A stretch of DNA of 63,048 bases, filler included, from Bipalium vagum (taxonomy: Eukaryota): assembly GCA_037834085.1 (NCBI GenBank). It is 3 parts of 3 records of this genome, joined end to end, with 100 filler letters (N's around TTAATTAATTAA, not from the genome) between each part and the next. Parts side by side here need not be neighbours in the genome. Positions count along the whole stretch, not along the records: positions 1 to 27,651 come from JBBMKC010083877.1; positions 27,752 to 46,839 come from JBBMKC010011027.1; 1 more part is not named here. One strand, 5' to 3'. The notes under the pieces are model-generated. The model was not told the origin of the DNA. It searched no databases and worked only from the letters and a program-made list of their open reading frames with translations. Below, one piece after another: positions 23,004-35,300 of this stretch. Positions within the stretch are counted from its first letter, which is position 1, and every line of letters begins with the position of its first letter. The position numbers were made by a program, and so were the translations under genes.

Positions 23004-26000
23004 ATGAATTCAACCTACTGTGACATTTGTGAAAAAGATCGTAGAACACTTGCAGGTTTAATTTCTCTTAAAAAATCTAAATCACATATAGATATTCTAA
23101 ATAATGTTCAACCACCAAATAAACAATGTAATTTTGTGGTGATATTTTAAGAGCAGTTGCTGCAAGAATTTCTCATGAAAAATATTGTGGGAATAATCCA
23201 AATAATTTAGATGTTCAAAATAATCAGCTCCAACAAATTTCTCAACAAAATTTAAATAATTATAATAATGAAAATAACATTACAGTTCAAGATAGATTTT
23301 ATAATTCTTCAAAAAACTATTTAATTTCCAAAGATGTTTTTGAAGGAAATGATCTAAGAAATTATTTAAGTGATTTTCTTCCTAAAATTAAAGAATCAAT
23401 GTTTTATCCTATCCAAGATGGAAGATTTTTTAAACCATTTAAAATTTCATTAAACTTAAATATTAAATTTTTTCATCCAACTGATTCTGAATATGTTACT
23501 TTAAAAACTTCATGTGCTGTTGGAACAATAATAACAATAAATAATATTAAATGAGAAACAGAAAATATTTTATAAAATTTAGAAGAGGAAATAGAAAACA
23601 CCTGGCAAAGATTAAAAGAAAGTTTGGATGGACAATCGATGATATAAAAATTTTAAGAGGAACAACATTTATTCCATTACCTTTTCAAACTCATTCAATA
23701 ATAAATATTTAAAACGAGGATAAGAAATGTTTTATTTGGAGTATAATTAGTTTTTTCATACATCATCAAATTCCTCATCATAAAGAAAAAGTAACATTGT
23801 ATAAGAAATATGAATATCAATTTAAATATATTGTAGAAGATATGCCAATGAAAATATGTAATATTAATAAATTTGAAAAAGAAAATGGATTAAGAATAAA
23901 TGTTTATATGATTGAATGTATTGATAAAAAAATTGAATGAAGAAAATCTTGGAGAGCATATCCATTACATATTTCTTCACATGATATTAATAATTATAAA
24001 ACAATATCTTTATTATTTTATGAAGATCATTATATTTTAATTAAAGATTTTAAAGCATGATTCAATGAAGAAATTGGATATAAACGTAATATAACTAACA
24101 ATAATGAAGAAATTTATATTTGAGAAATATGTTTATCAATAAATATTAATAAATCTGCTTATGAAAAAGATTATAATTTTTGTATTTTAAATAAACCAAC
24201 AAAATATATTTTTCTTGATCCAGGATCAAAAATATCTTTTACAAATTATAAATATAAAATATAAGTTCCTTTTGTAATTTATGCTGATATTGAATGTATT
24301 AATGAACCAATTAATGAAATAAAATTTAAAAGCAATTATCGAGAAATATTATTAAACGAACCAGGCTTTAATCCAAATGAAATAAATAATTATAATTACA
24401 TTATTATGTATATTAAAAATGTTAATAAAAATTTATATGAAAAAATATTTACAAACACGTTTATAAAATTTCAGCAAAAACCTTCATGTATTTTTTTAAA
24501 GTTTATTTCTTATTATCCAAATTTAATTGAAACTTCTAAAAAACTTTTCAAAGGAAAAAATTGTATAAAAGATTTTGTAAATGGCTTATAATTTTTCAAC
24601 CATTTTGTGAAAATATTTTAAAAATAAATATCCAATATAACTTAACAGAAGAAGAACAATAAGAATATAATAAAAAATAATATTTGTCATTTTTGTAAAG
24701 AAGAAATTGAATATGATCCAGAAGGTCTAAATTGTCAAGTAATTGATCATGATCATTATGGTAGAAGTTATAGAGGTCCTGCACATTATAATTATAATAT
24801 TCGAGCAAGTTTTTCAAAATCTATACCAATATTTTTTCATAATGGATCTGGTTATGATTTCTATTTAAAAATAAAAGAATTAGCAAATTAAATTAATTTA
24901 AATGCGAGTGATACTCTAGGAAGCAAAGCATCTGAAGAGACTTCAAATTTAAATTATGTATTTTATTTAATCCCAAAAACAGATGAAAAATATATTTGAT
25001 TGAATTATAAAAAAACATTTAAATTTGTAGATTCTTTAAGATTTCTTTTATGTTTTTTAGATTGGGCAGGAAAAGCATTAGATAAAAATGATAAAAAATA
25101 TTTAAAAGAATTTGCTGATAGGAATTTTAAGTTATTAGATAAAAAGGGAATTTATCCATATGAATATTTTACAGATTTTGAAAAATTTAATAGAACAGAA
25201 TTATTACCAAAAGAAGCATTTTATTCTATGTTAAATAAATCAAATATTTCTGATGAAGAATATGAAAGATATAAAACAGTTTATACAAAATTTTGTAAAA
25301 ATCATTGGGATTATACAATTTTATATCTTAAACAAGATGTGATGTTATTAACTGATATTTTTGAAAAATTTAGAAAACTATTTATTTTAGATCCCTGTCA
25401 TTTTGTCTCTACACATGGATTAAAATGGCAATTAGGATCCTTAAAAACTAAAATAGAATTAGATTTAATCTCTGATCAAAATATGTTTGAAAAATTTGAA
25501 AAAGGAATTAGAGGAAGAATTTCAACAATTCTAAGAACAAGATATATAAAAGCTCATAATAAATATACAGGAAAATCGAAGAATTATTTTGAATTACATA
25601 AATTAGAAAAAAATATTTAGAAACCTAAAACTCAAAAAAGAAATTAACAGAATTTTTTAAACCAAATTACTTATTTTATATTGATGCAAATAATCTTTAT
25701 GGAAATGCAATGTCTCAATCATTACCATATAAAGATTTTAAATATAAATATTTAGATTATAAAAATAAATCGACATTTACAGAAGAAGATTTTTCTTTAT
25801 TAATTGATCACTTTTTAAATCAATGTGAGATAAACCAAACAGAAGACGGAACAACATTAGGTTTTTATAGCAGAAGTTGATTTAGAATATAAAAATTATA
25901 AATTAAAAAAATATTGTAAATCATATCCTTTAGCTCCAATTTCAAGAATTGTTGAAGATGAAGAATTATCTGATTATCAAAAATATTTATTAGAAACAAA

Positions 26001-27009
26001 TAATCAACCTCATACAAAAGCTCCAAAATTAATTTTAGATATGAAACCAAAAAAGAATTATGTAGTCATTATAAAGTTTTAAAATTTTATTTGACATTTA
26101 TGAAGGTTACAAAAGTTCATCAAATAATATCTTATAAAAAAACTATGGTTGAAAGATACAAATTTAAGAAAAGAATCAACAACCGATTTTGAAAAAGATA
26201 ATTATAAATTAATGAATAATTCTTTCTTTGGAAAAACTATGGAAAACGTAAGAAAGAGAGTAAATGTAAGATTAGTTACACATGAAAAAGAAGCAGAGAA
26301 ACAAATAAGTAAACCAACATTTGTGAAAAGAGAAATATTTTCAGAAAATTTGATGGCAATTCATTAAAAAAATATCAAACAAAAATGGATAAACCAATTT
26401 ATTTAGGATTTTGTATTTTAGAATGATCTAAACTAATTATGTATGAATTTTATTATGTTGTTTTAAAAGTAAAATATAAAGATGATATTGAATTGATTTT
26501 TCAAGATACTGATAGTTTTGTAATGAATATAAAAACAAATGATCTTTATGAAGATTTTAATGATTTAAAAGATTGGATGGATTTTTCCGAATATAAAGAA
26601 AATGAATTTCCTACTAGTTTAAAATTAGAAAAAGATGATTATACTAAAAATAAAAAAGTATTAGGAAAGTTTACAGATGAAATAAAGGGTGAAATATTAA
26701 TAGAATTTGCAGCATTAAAATCAAAATCATATGGTTATAAAATGAAAAATGTTTATTCTAATAAGGAATCCGAAAAACTTAAAAATAAAGGAATTCAAAA
26801 ATGTGTTGTTAAAAATGAAATGAGGTTAGAAGATTTTAAAAATAAATTAATAAATCCAGTAATAACAGAAAAAGATTTTAGAATAAACAAATATAAAATC
26901 TGATAAACGTGATATATTTCTTTTACAACAAAATAAAAAAGCATTGGATCAGTTTGATGATAAGAGATTTTATTTAAATAATATTGAATCTACTTCATAT
27001 GGATATTAG
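23004..27009 (+). pseudogene. Polinton/Maverick protein-primed family B DNA polymerase (multiple stops and frameshifts)
   Basis: N-terminal zinc fingers (YCDICEK); NEDKKCFIWS; ExoI VPFVIYADIE; EndoVII-like DHDHYG..YRGPAH; ExoII FFHNGSGYD; FVDSLRF; KGIYPYEY; ExoIII YLKQDV; motif A YIDANNLYG; motif B KLMNNSFFGK; motif C QDTDS; LGKFTDE; KNKGI; ends FDDKRF..SYGY*. Confidence 0.95.
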
Positions 27010-27274
27010 AAAAACATTTTAAAAAATCTTCTGAATTTTAGGCAATAAAAACAAAAGTAAATCACTAATTAAATAATTAAAAAATAAAAATATTTCTTTA
27101 GTATCATCTCTCTCAAGATCTTTTACCAAACAAAATCAATTTCATAATTTAAATAGATGGGGGTATTCGTAATGGCCCAACCAAAACTAATGTGAAAGAT
27201 TAAATTCCACGGTATACTTTACATATACCTTTTAAAAATAAATTATAAATTAAAATTCCAGGGTATACACTACT

Positions 27275-27405
27275 TACCATTTTTAATTTTTAAATTAAAG
27301 TAATTGATGTGATAAAAAGTATACCTATTTTTAATTTTCAAATTAAAATAATTGATGCGACAAAAACAAAACTATACCTATTTTTAATTTTCAAATTAAA
27401 ATTAT
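27275..27405. repeat. Short tandem repeat (~47-54 bp unit, ~2.5 copies) downstream of pPolB
   Basis: TACC(T)ATTTTTAATTTT(C/T)AAATTAAA(A/G)TAATTGATG(T/C)GA repeated. It is flanked by two copies of ATCTCTCT(C/T)AAGATCTTTT (~27106 and ~27404). Confidence 0.7.
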
Positions 27406-27651
27406 CTCTCTTAAGATCTTTTTTAAAAAAAAATGAGAAAAAACAGTAAAAAAACGCAATAAAAAATGTTATAAAATTTAATAATTTTAACAATTATTTA
27501 AAACGGATAAGATAAAAGATTTTTAAGAATTTTCCCCCATTTTTGTTTTAGTTTCAAAATAAAACATTTTTCCTCCTTTAAGTTTTATTTCAATAAATTT
27601 CTCACTTAATAAAACACAATTCATAATTCCTTTAAAATCATTATCTTTTTC

Positions 27652-27751
27652 NNNNNNNNNNNNNNNNNNNNNNNNNNNNNNNNNNNNNNNNNNNNTTAAT
27701 TAATTAANNNNNNNNNNNNNNNNNNNNNNNNNNNNNNNNNNNNNNNNNNNN
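27652..27751. other. Artificial contig spacer
   Basis: 44 N + TTAATTAATTAA (stop codons in all six frames) + 44 N = 100 bp. Confidence 0.97.
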
Positions 27752-28081
27752 AGATTGAATTAAAAAGCACTGTAATGCTCTAGAATTTAAAAAATAAATT
27801 TCTTGATTTCTTATATTAAGTACATTTATTATGTAAAATAATTTAAATTACTTTTTAAAATAAACGAACACAGCAAAAAGGTGAGTATTTAAACTGAGTT
27901 TAAATTTTTATATTGTGCATAATTTAAACTTTTATTTAATTGTAAATTTAATTTTAATATTTATTTTAAAATAATTTTTATTTTAATTTGTAATGGCACA
28001 ATATAATTATTTTTAAAGAATGGAAAATTGGTTTAAGTTTTGTTTTTTTGAAAAGCATTAAAAAATATATGGTTCAAAAAT

Positions 28082-30500
28082 ATGACTGAATTTGTTGATA
28101 TTGCTGCTAACATGACGACCAACACCAGAGAATTGTTAGCCGAATTACTCAGGCCAGAATTATTTCGAAGATCAGATGATGTCGATACGTTTTTACACAA
28201 ATGTAAAGATTATTTCGACATGTTGGAATTACCTAAAAACGTTAGAGGTTTAGCCGTCATTAGATTGATGAAAAACAAACTTCGAAAGGATTATGAATTA
28301 ACTGATTCGAAGAACGAATGAGAAAAGCATTTTGGAAGGTAAAATCAAGGTGAAGGACCTTAAAGAGGAATTCAATTATAAGCGTGGAGAAGAAGACGTG
28401 GACGTTTATGTAAAGAAAATGTCGGAATTTGCTGACCGATTAATGGAATACACGTGGGACAAGGAAACGCTGAAAGTGAATTATTGCTACACTGTTGCAA
28501 TGATAAAGAAGTGTGGCAAAAATTCCAAAGGAAGGAAAAGAATTATTCAGAAGAAATTGTAGGTGAAATGAAGAGATTTAATGAAGGAAGATTATCTTAT
28601 AGAGATGCAAAATATAGAGGATCTACTGGATAGAATAGAAAGAGCGAAGTATTTTATAACGATTGACTTCAGTACCAGGTTGAATTGACAACGGATTCAC
28701 AGGAAAAACAGCTTTTTCAATAAAAGAAGAACAATTCAGCTTCAAAAGAATGCCTTTTGGTATAGCCGCTACTCATGGAACTTTTCAAGAGTTAATGACG
28801 AAGGTTTTAAGAAATTTTAAAAATTCGATGCTTTATTTAGATGATATTATGATTCACACAAAGGATTTATAACATCATTACACGTATTAAATAATGTGAT
28901 AAAGAGGATAAAAGAAGCAGGACTTAGAGTGAATCCAGAGAAATGCCATCTACTAAGAACAGAAGTCAAATTTCTAGGACATGTAATTGACAAACTAGGA
29001 ATCAAAACCGACCCAGCGAAAATTGAGGCAATTAGAACCTTCAAGAGGCCAAATTGCGTAAAACATTTTAAGAAGCTTTCTGGGAATTTGTAATTATTAT
29101 CGGAAATTTATTAATGGATATGCAAAAAAATCAAGAGTGTTAGAACAATTGCGTGGGAAGAACAATGAAAAATTAATATGGACCGAAGCATGCAATGTAG
29201 CCTTCCAAGAATTAGAAGAGTCACTAACAAAGACACTCCAAACATTAAAAGAACGTTTATATTAGACACTAACTCCAGTTTTGAAGCGATTGGAGCAGTG
29301 TTGTCACAAACAGACGATAATGGAAAAGAGGGAGTGATTGTGTACGGATCACATACAATGAACAGTCATGAAAAATAACTGCATCACAAGAAAAGAACTA
29401 TTAGCAATCTATTATATCAGAAGTATAGATATAGAGCTTAAATACAGAAAAAGAATTGAGCACACGAATACAGACATGTTATCGAGAAAAACTTGCGGTA
29501 CATGCTCTCAGTGTATGATGATTCACGAAGAGCCAAAGACAGAAAAAAGAAAGACCAGAGATATAAATACAGTAAACGAAGAGGCAGTATATAAATGGCA
29601 CAATAATGAAAATGAAATCGATCAGATTAGAGAAGATATTGAAAAGAGAACTACGTCTTATTTCCGCTTGGAAGATGGTCTGGTCAAAACGGTCGAAGAA
29701 AAAACCAAGAGCCAGATCTCTAACACATGCTTGGACCGAAAAAGTTATTAAGTATACAGCTGATTTGAACGATATGAAAAACCTGAGAGAGACGGCAACA
29801 GAAGTTATAAAACAATGCGAAATCTGTCAGAACCATAAAGTAGTCACAACAAAAACGAAATAAGATACGATAAAATTATCAGCAGATCAGTCATTTGAAA
29901 AGATATACATTGATATTTGTGGTCCGTTAAAAGAAACTTTTCGAAGGAAATGATACATACTAGTTATTAAAGATGTATGTACATTTCATTAACACCGATA
30001 ATGAAACAAGATGAGGAAACAATCATAAAAATAATAATGGAAAAATGGATCTATAAATATGGTGCACTAAAGTAAATCCATGTAGACTGTGTAAAGGTCT
30101 TTGAATTTACAGTTTTTAGGACACTGGTCACACAGAGTAACGCAAAACTCTGTTTTTCTAGTCCATATCATCATAACAACAACGGCATAATAGAACGGCA
30201 ATTCCGAACTATTGGTGACAACACGAGTACTACTATGGCTAAGAGAAAAAACAATGATTGGGAAAATTTGTTACCTGAAATTTAGTTTGTCTTAACACAT
30301 TTCAGAAAACGTTAAGATGCAGCCCAGCTGAACTCATATTTGCAAGAGAAATTTACAGAGAGGCTTGGGTCAGTAATAAAATATCAGAAGAATTGGAAAA
30401 AGAAAATGATCAAGATAGACCAAGAGAAGCAACAACAAAAAGAAAGCTCGACCTGGGCAACAAGTACTTGTGAAGGCCGAAGGTAGAACTAAGGATAAAG
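28082..30500 (+). mobile_element. Decayed, internally deleted Ty3/Gypsy retrotransposon (gag, RT, RNase H, integrase)
   Basis: FKRMPFG...YLDDI; GLRVNPEKC...VKFLGHVI..GIKTDPAKI; FILDT....IGAVLSQ; ITRKELLA; CEICQ; KIYIDICGP; SPYHH..NGIIERQFRT, in RT-RH-IN order. Many frameshifts. Confidence 0.9.
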
Positions 30501-30539
30501 AAATAAATAATAAATAATAAAGAAATAAATAATAAATAA

Positions 30540-30794
30540 ATTCTACATGGCTAACACTTTTGAGCATGAGTATAACAAAACATGGCGAATGTGTTCATTA
30601 TCAATCTGCATTTTGAAATTGTACCGATTATCAATATTTTTGAATCCATTAAAACAAAGCATAATTCTGAGATGTACAATGTTTCAGCTTTCGAAAGATA
30701 TATAAATTATATATTTCTGATTTGTTTAAGTGCCTCAAAATTAAGGCCAAAACGATTCATATAAAAAACGCACGAACTTTCCGGACAACCCAAT
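30540..30794 (-). mobile_element. Mariner 5' terminal fragment
   Basis: The right end reverse-complements to a mariner-type TIR, TATTGGGTTGTCCGGAAAGTTCGTGCG. Confidence 0.5.
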
Positions 30795-31249
30795 ACAATG
30801 TTGATTATAATTCATTGAATACTTCGATTTTTCCTTTAATACTACTACATAGTACTGTTTAGTTAGTGAATATTATTTAAGAAATAGAATAGTTTTGCTT
30901 ACTATCACAAACTTAACACAAAGACTCCAAAATAAATGTACCAAGGTTACGGTTTTATAAAATGTATTTGATATTACTATTGACAACTTTTACGGAAAAA
31001 CTTTAAAATCTATAGAATTAGATTTTTAGGATTTTAATTAAAGATTTTGATCGCGTGAATATTTGTGATCAACTGGACTATTCATTATTTAGACTCCATG
31101 AACAGCACTGTAATTCCTATAATCATCAATTGATTTATTAATATTTAGACCAAAAAGATAAGGTGGTTGTTAGTTCTCTAAAAGTAGATGTCAGTAATTC
31201 TATTTTTAAATTATTTTTCCTAATTTGTTCATCAAAGCGTGGTTGCTAT

Positions 31250-31620
31250 CCTCATTGTTTTTTGTTTAAGCTTTTTGATGATAGTGTCTGGATATTAATA
31301 ATAATTATATTTGAAAAATGAAAGCGTAGCCTAGGTTTTTTGGCAATTAATTATTTAACCTTTAGAGATCTGAGTTACCATATAATATATTACCATGTAA
31401 TATTGAAATTATTAAGAATTTCGTCAAGTATTTTATCAATATTGTGTTGTGGTTTGCCTAATGGAAATCCTAGATATAAATAAATATTATTTTTGTCAAA
31501 CTTTGGAATAATCTCATCATATAATTCTAAATCTAATCCGCTTTCTACTTTATTTGAGTAATATTCACACTTAGCTGCTCTGATTTTTAAATGAATTTTA
31601 TTTGTTAGTTCGATGATTAT
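31250..31620 (-). mobile_element. Non-LTR (R2/NeSL-like) reverse transcriptase remnant
   Basis: LKIRAAKCEY...IIPKFDKNNIYLYLGFPLG resembles RT subdomains 6-7 (GL.I...KC; YLG). Confidence 0.4.
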
Positions 31621-32335
31621 AGATATAGATTATCTATATTTAATGTATTTTGTCTGGAGCTGGCCTTAACGTAGGCAAGGATGATGAGTTCTGTGTTATT
31701 GACAGTCAGTGGGTTTTCTATAGAAGAGGTTGTTCGAAACAGTGGGTTTTTGTCTTAAACAAGTTCCAGCTTTCATAGGTTTTTTTGTACATTTATTCAT
31801 TTATATCATTCAGAAAGATTACAAAAGATAAGAAGAATTATTAGATCACTGAATAAATTAAGTCAGATTGTTCAAAATTACTGAAGGAAAGTGTTTACAA
31901 CATAAAACCAATCTCAATTGAGGATCTAAGTATAAAAAGTATTACTAATAAAAAATTATCCGCCATATTTCAAACAATTGATTTATTCGATACCTCGTCG
32001 AATTGAGACTGTAATATCCGCAAATGGCCTTTAAAACTACATATTAATTCTTTAAGTAATAACTGAAAAATTTCTTTATCTTTCATTAAAAATACAAAGA
32101 TAATTTTGAATCTAGTCATATTTTAGAATTAAAAAATAAAAATAAATTTTCATTTGATAAGTTTGAAAATAAAATTTTTGAAAGGAAATTGAATTTTATC
32201 AAAAAATAATTTGGTAAAGTTCTTGATAATCGATATTTAAATTAGTAATATTTTTATTATTTAATCAGAAAATAGTTTTGTTAAACAATTCTTTTAATAT
32301 AGTGACTCTAAACACGATTATTTCAAAAATCTTTA

Positions 32336-35300
32336 ATGAATATTGTTAATGAGTTGATATGGAATCCAAGATTTTGGCTCCCAGAAAATTATACTTGGGC
32401 TGATCTTAGGTCGAAAGATCCGAATCTTTATTATGGAGAACCAAAGGACTTATCATACTCCTTTTACACTGCAATTTTCATATTTTTTTTTCGTTATTTT
32501 GTTGAAAAGTAGACTTAATAGGAGTATTTTTTGAATAAAAACTGATAATAAAATTCAGGTGTATTTGGGAACCAGTAGGTTTACATTTTGGTCTTTCACA
32601 TAGAAGATATTGTAAAGCTGAACCCAACAAGAATCTGGAAAATGAATATAAATTAAAGAAAAGACCCAATAATTCACAGATTAAGGTAAAATTATCAAAT
32701 TTCGGTAGATTTTAGTCATCTTTTATTTTATCTCATTTCAATAAATCTATAACTTTTCAATATCAAGTATTTCTATTACAAAGTAGTCATTATTTATCAT
32801 TCATTATTGATCATTGATAATCAATTCCAATATTTATAAATTGATATTAAGATAATTTTTTAAACTATTTATCTCATCACTTATCATTTTTTACATTACT
32901 TTTCAATGTTTTTTTTTAATGAGAAGTGGATGAAAATCTTGATATGTTCGTCTTCTGATCGTTTCCTAATTTCCATTTTTCTTTACATTTAAGCAGAGCA
33001 TTAAAGCTACATTATCGATGTCATTATTTGATTTCAAAAGTGGGTCTAAAATGGAGAATTAAGATTAATTTTTCAAATTGACCACCAAAACGTTATTATT
33101 TATTAATAAATTATTTCATGATTTTATATGTAGATTTTAAGGAATTTGTTTGATTTTGTAATTAAATTAATTAAAAAAAGATTAATAATTTTATTTTAAG
33201 TTTTCTTCATTTTTATGATGCTACAAACACATTCACAGGGTAATCCTTTCTAGATTATTTTTAATATTAATATGCTCTAATGATTAATGACTGTTTGTTA
33301 TTGAAATTTTTTGCCATTTTATAATGAAAATGATTAAATTGATAATTTTTAATAGCTTAATACATTCATTAATTAATTGAAACGTGAGAAGAAAATATCA
33401 CAATGAGTTCACTCATTGATTATGTCTTTCAAAACTGAACTATTCTTAAAATACCAAAACGTCTAATTTTATTGAATTAAAATTATTTATAACATTTAAG
33501 TATTTGTTCGATGTCTTAAAATTAATCAGAAATAAATAATGTTTTGTTATATATTTTCCTTCCGGTCTACATTTATCACATGATTCTTCTGTTTTTTAAT
33601 ATCGACTGAAATAAAAATTAAAGAAAATTGAACTAATATTTAAAATTCATAAAACAATATTATTGATATTTACAAATAAAACAAAATATTTCTTGTTAAA
33701 TATTGTCTAACATCATTATTTCATCAATAATGGATGATTCTTTTTGTGAATATAAACAGATAGATACTATTTCTGTAATATAATAATTTACTTAGTATCA
33801 TTTATCAACAGCGGATATGAACCTTTTGCTTATTTCATTTCAAATAATCTTAGGTATTTATTGTTATCCACCTTATGATCAGTGAAAAGAGTTAAATTCC
33901 TTAAAAGGCTAAAAAATAAGAAATACGGAATTAATTTTCGTTAATATTTTAAGAAAATATTATTGGCGTGCGTTTTATTATTAAAAAAATCTAAATAATT
34001 CTTTTCAAAGAATACACAGCACTAAAAATTTGGCATTTATCGTTAAAATATGTTTAAAAACGAATTTTTTGTTAGATGACTCTTATGTAATCATTAAGAA
34101 AAAATACAATGAATAAATTATTATAAAATGTAAAAAATTAATCTCATCACAATTGTCGGCTCTAATATTTCGAATTTTATTTGTATAAACAAGGTCAAGT
34201 AGTGTGATGTATTATTATTTTATTGTATTATAGATTCTCCTAAATATATTGAACAATCATTATTTGTCTTTAATTTTTCAAATCGAAAAATAATGATTAC
34301 GATTTTTTACATTTTCAAACTTTCCATTTTTTCTAATCAATGAATTTTTTAGATTCCGTTTATGGCTTTAAAATTGTGCATTGAGTGTTGAAAGAATGTG
34401 CTCAATGTAATTGTTATTTTTTCGAGGTTTAATAAAATTATTCAGCAATTTTAACCAAAATTCTTTGAAAAATATTACGATATTTATTTTCTATTTTTGA
34501 AAATAATTTCTGCTTTTAATTGGTAAATTTACTGATTGGGATTTTAATGGATTTTTTTAATTTTTGATTGTTTTGTTTCATGTGTTTCGATTGATGTTTG
34601 AAATGATTTCAACTTATCAATTTTCTTTTCAATAGAAATTCTTAAGAATGACTTAGATATTTTCGTAGATTTTTCTGTTTCATCTTAATATGTCACAAAC
34701 AGTTTTCAAAAGCCACGATTTCAGATTATTATTATTATTATAGAATATAACATTGATGATGTACTTTAAACTTATCTTAAATTAGTATTCTTGTTCATAA
34801 TCATGAATTTGTAATACTGAATATTTTGTTTAAATGTGAAATCCGAAATCATTTAATATTTTTTACAGTCTGATACTTATTTTCTTCAGATTCATTTCAG
34901 AACAATACTTCATCATCTTCATAATCGAGATTTCACGTATCAGATTTTTTATAAGCCACTTTCAATTATAAAATAAGGTTCAAAATTTCCATCATATATA
35001 TGTACAGCTTTGAATCATTAACTCGTTGCTTTTGATCGATTACCAAAGTGCGTGGCATCCATTTTGTGACAAGATTTTTCATTTTAAATTCACCCTGAAT
35101 TATTTTCCAAACACTATTGACTGATATCTTTGCAAGGTTAGATAACTCGTTGATTTTGATTTTTCGATCATTCATAATTGCTTCATGAATTTCTTGAATG
35201 TTCTCTGGCACAACCACTTCGTTCAGCATAATCTGTGCTTATACGACCTCGTTTAAAGTCAGCGAACCATTTTTTTACCGTTGAATACGAAGGAGCAGAA

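Noticed and set aside
27652-27751. Palindromic TTAATTAATTAA inside N runs (also 46840-46939) as a biological site
   Set aside because: Identical 44N-12-44N layout twice with six-frame stops: a contig-joining linker.
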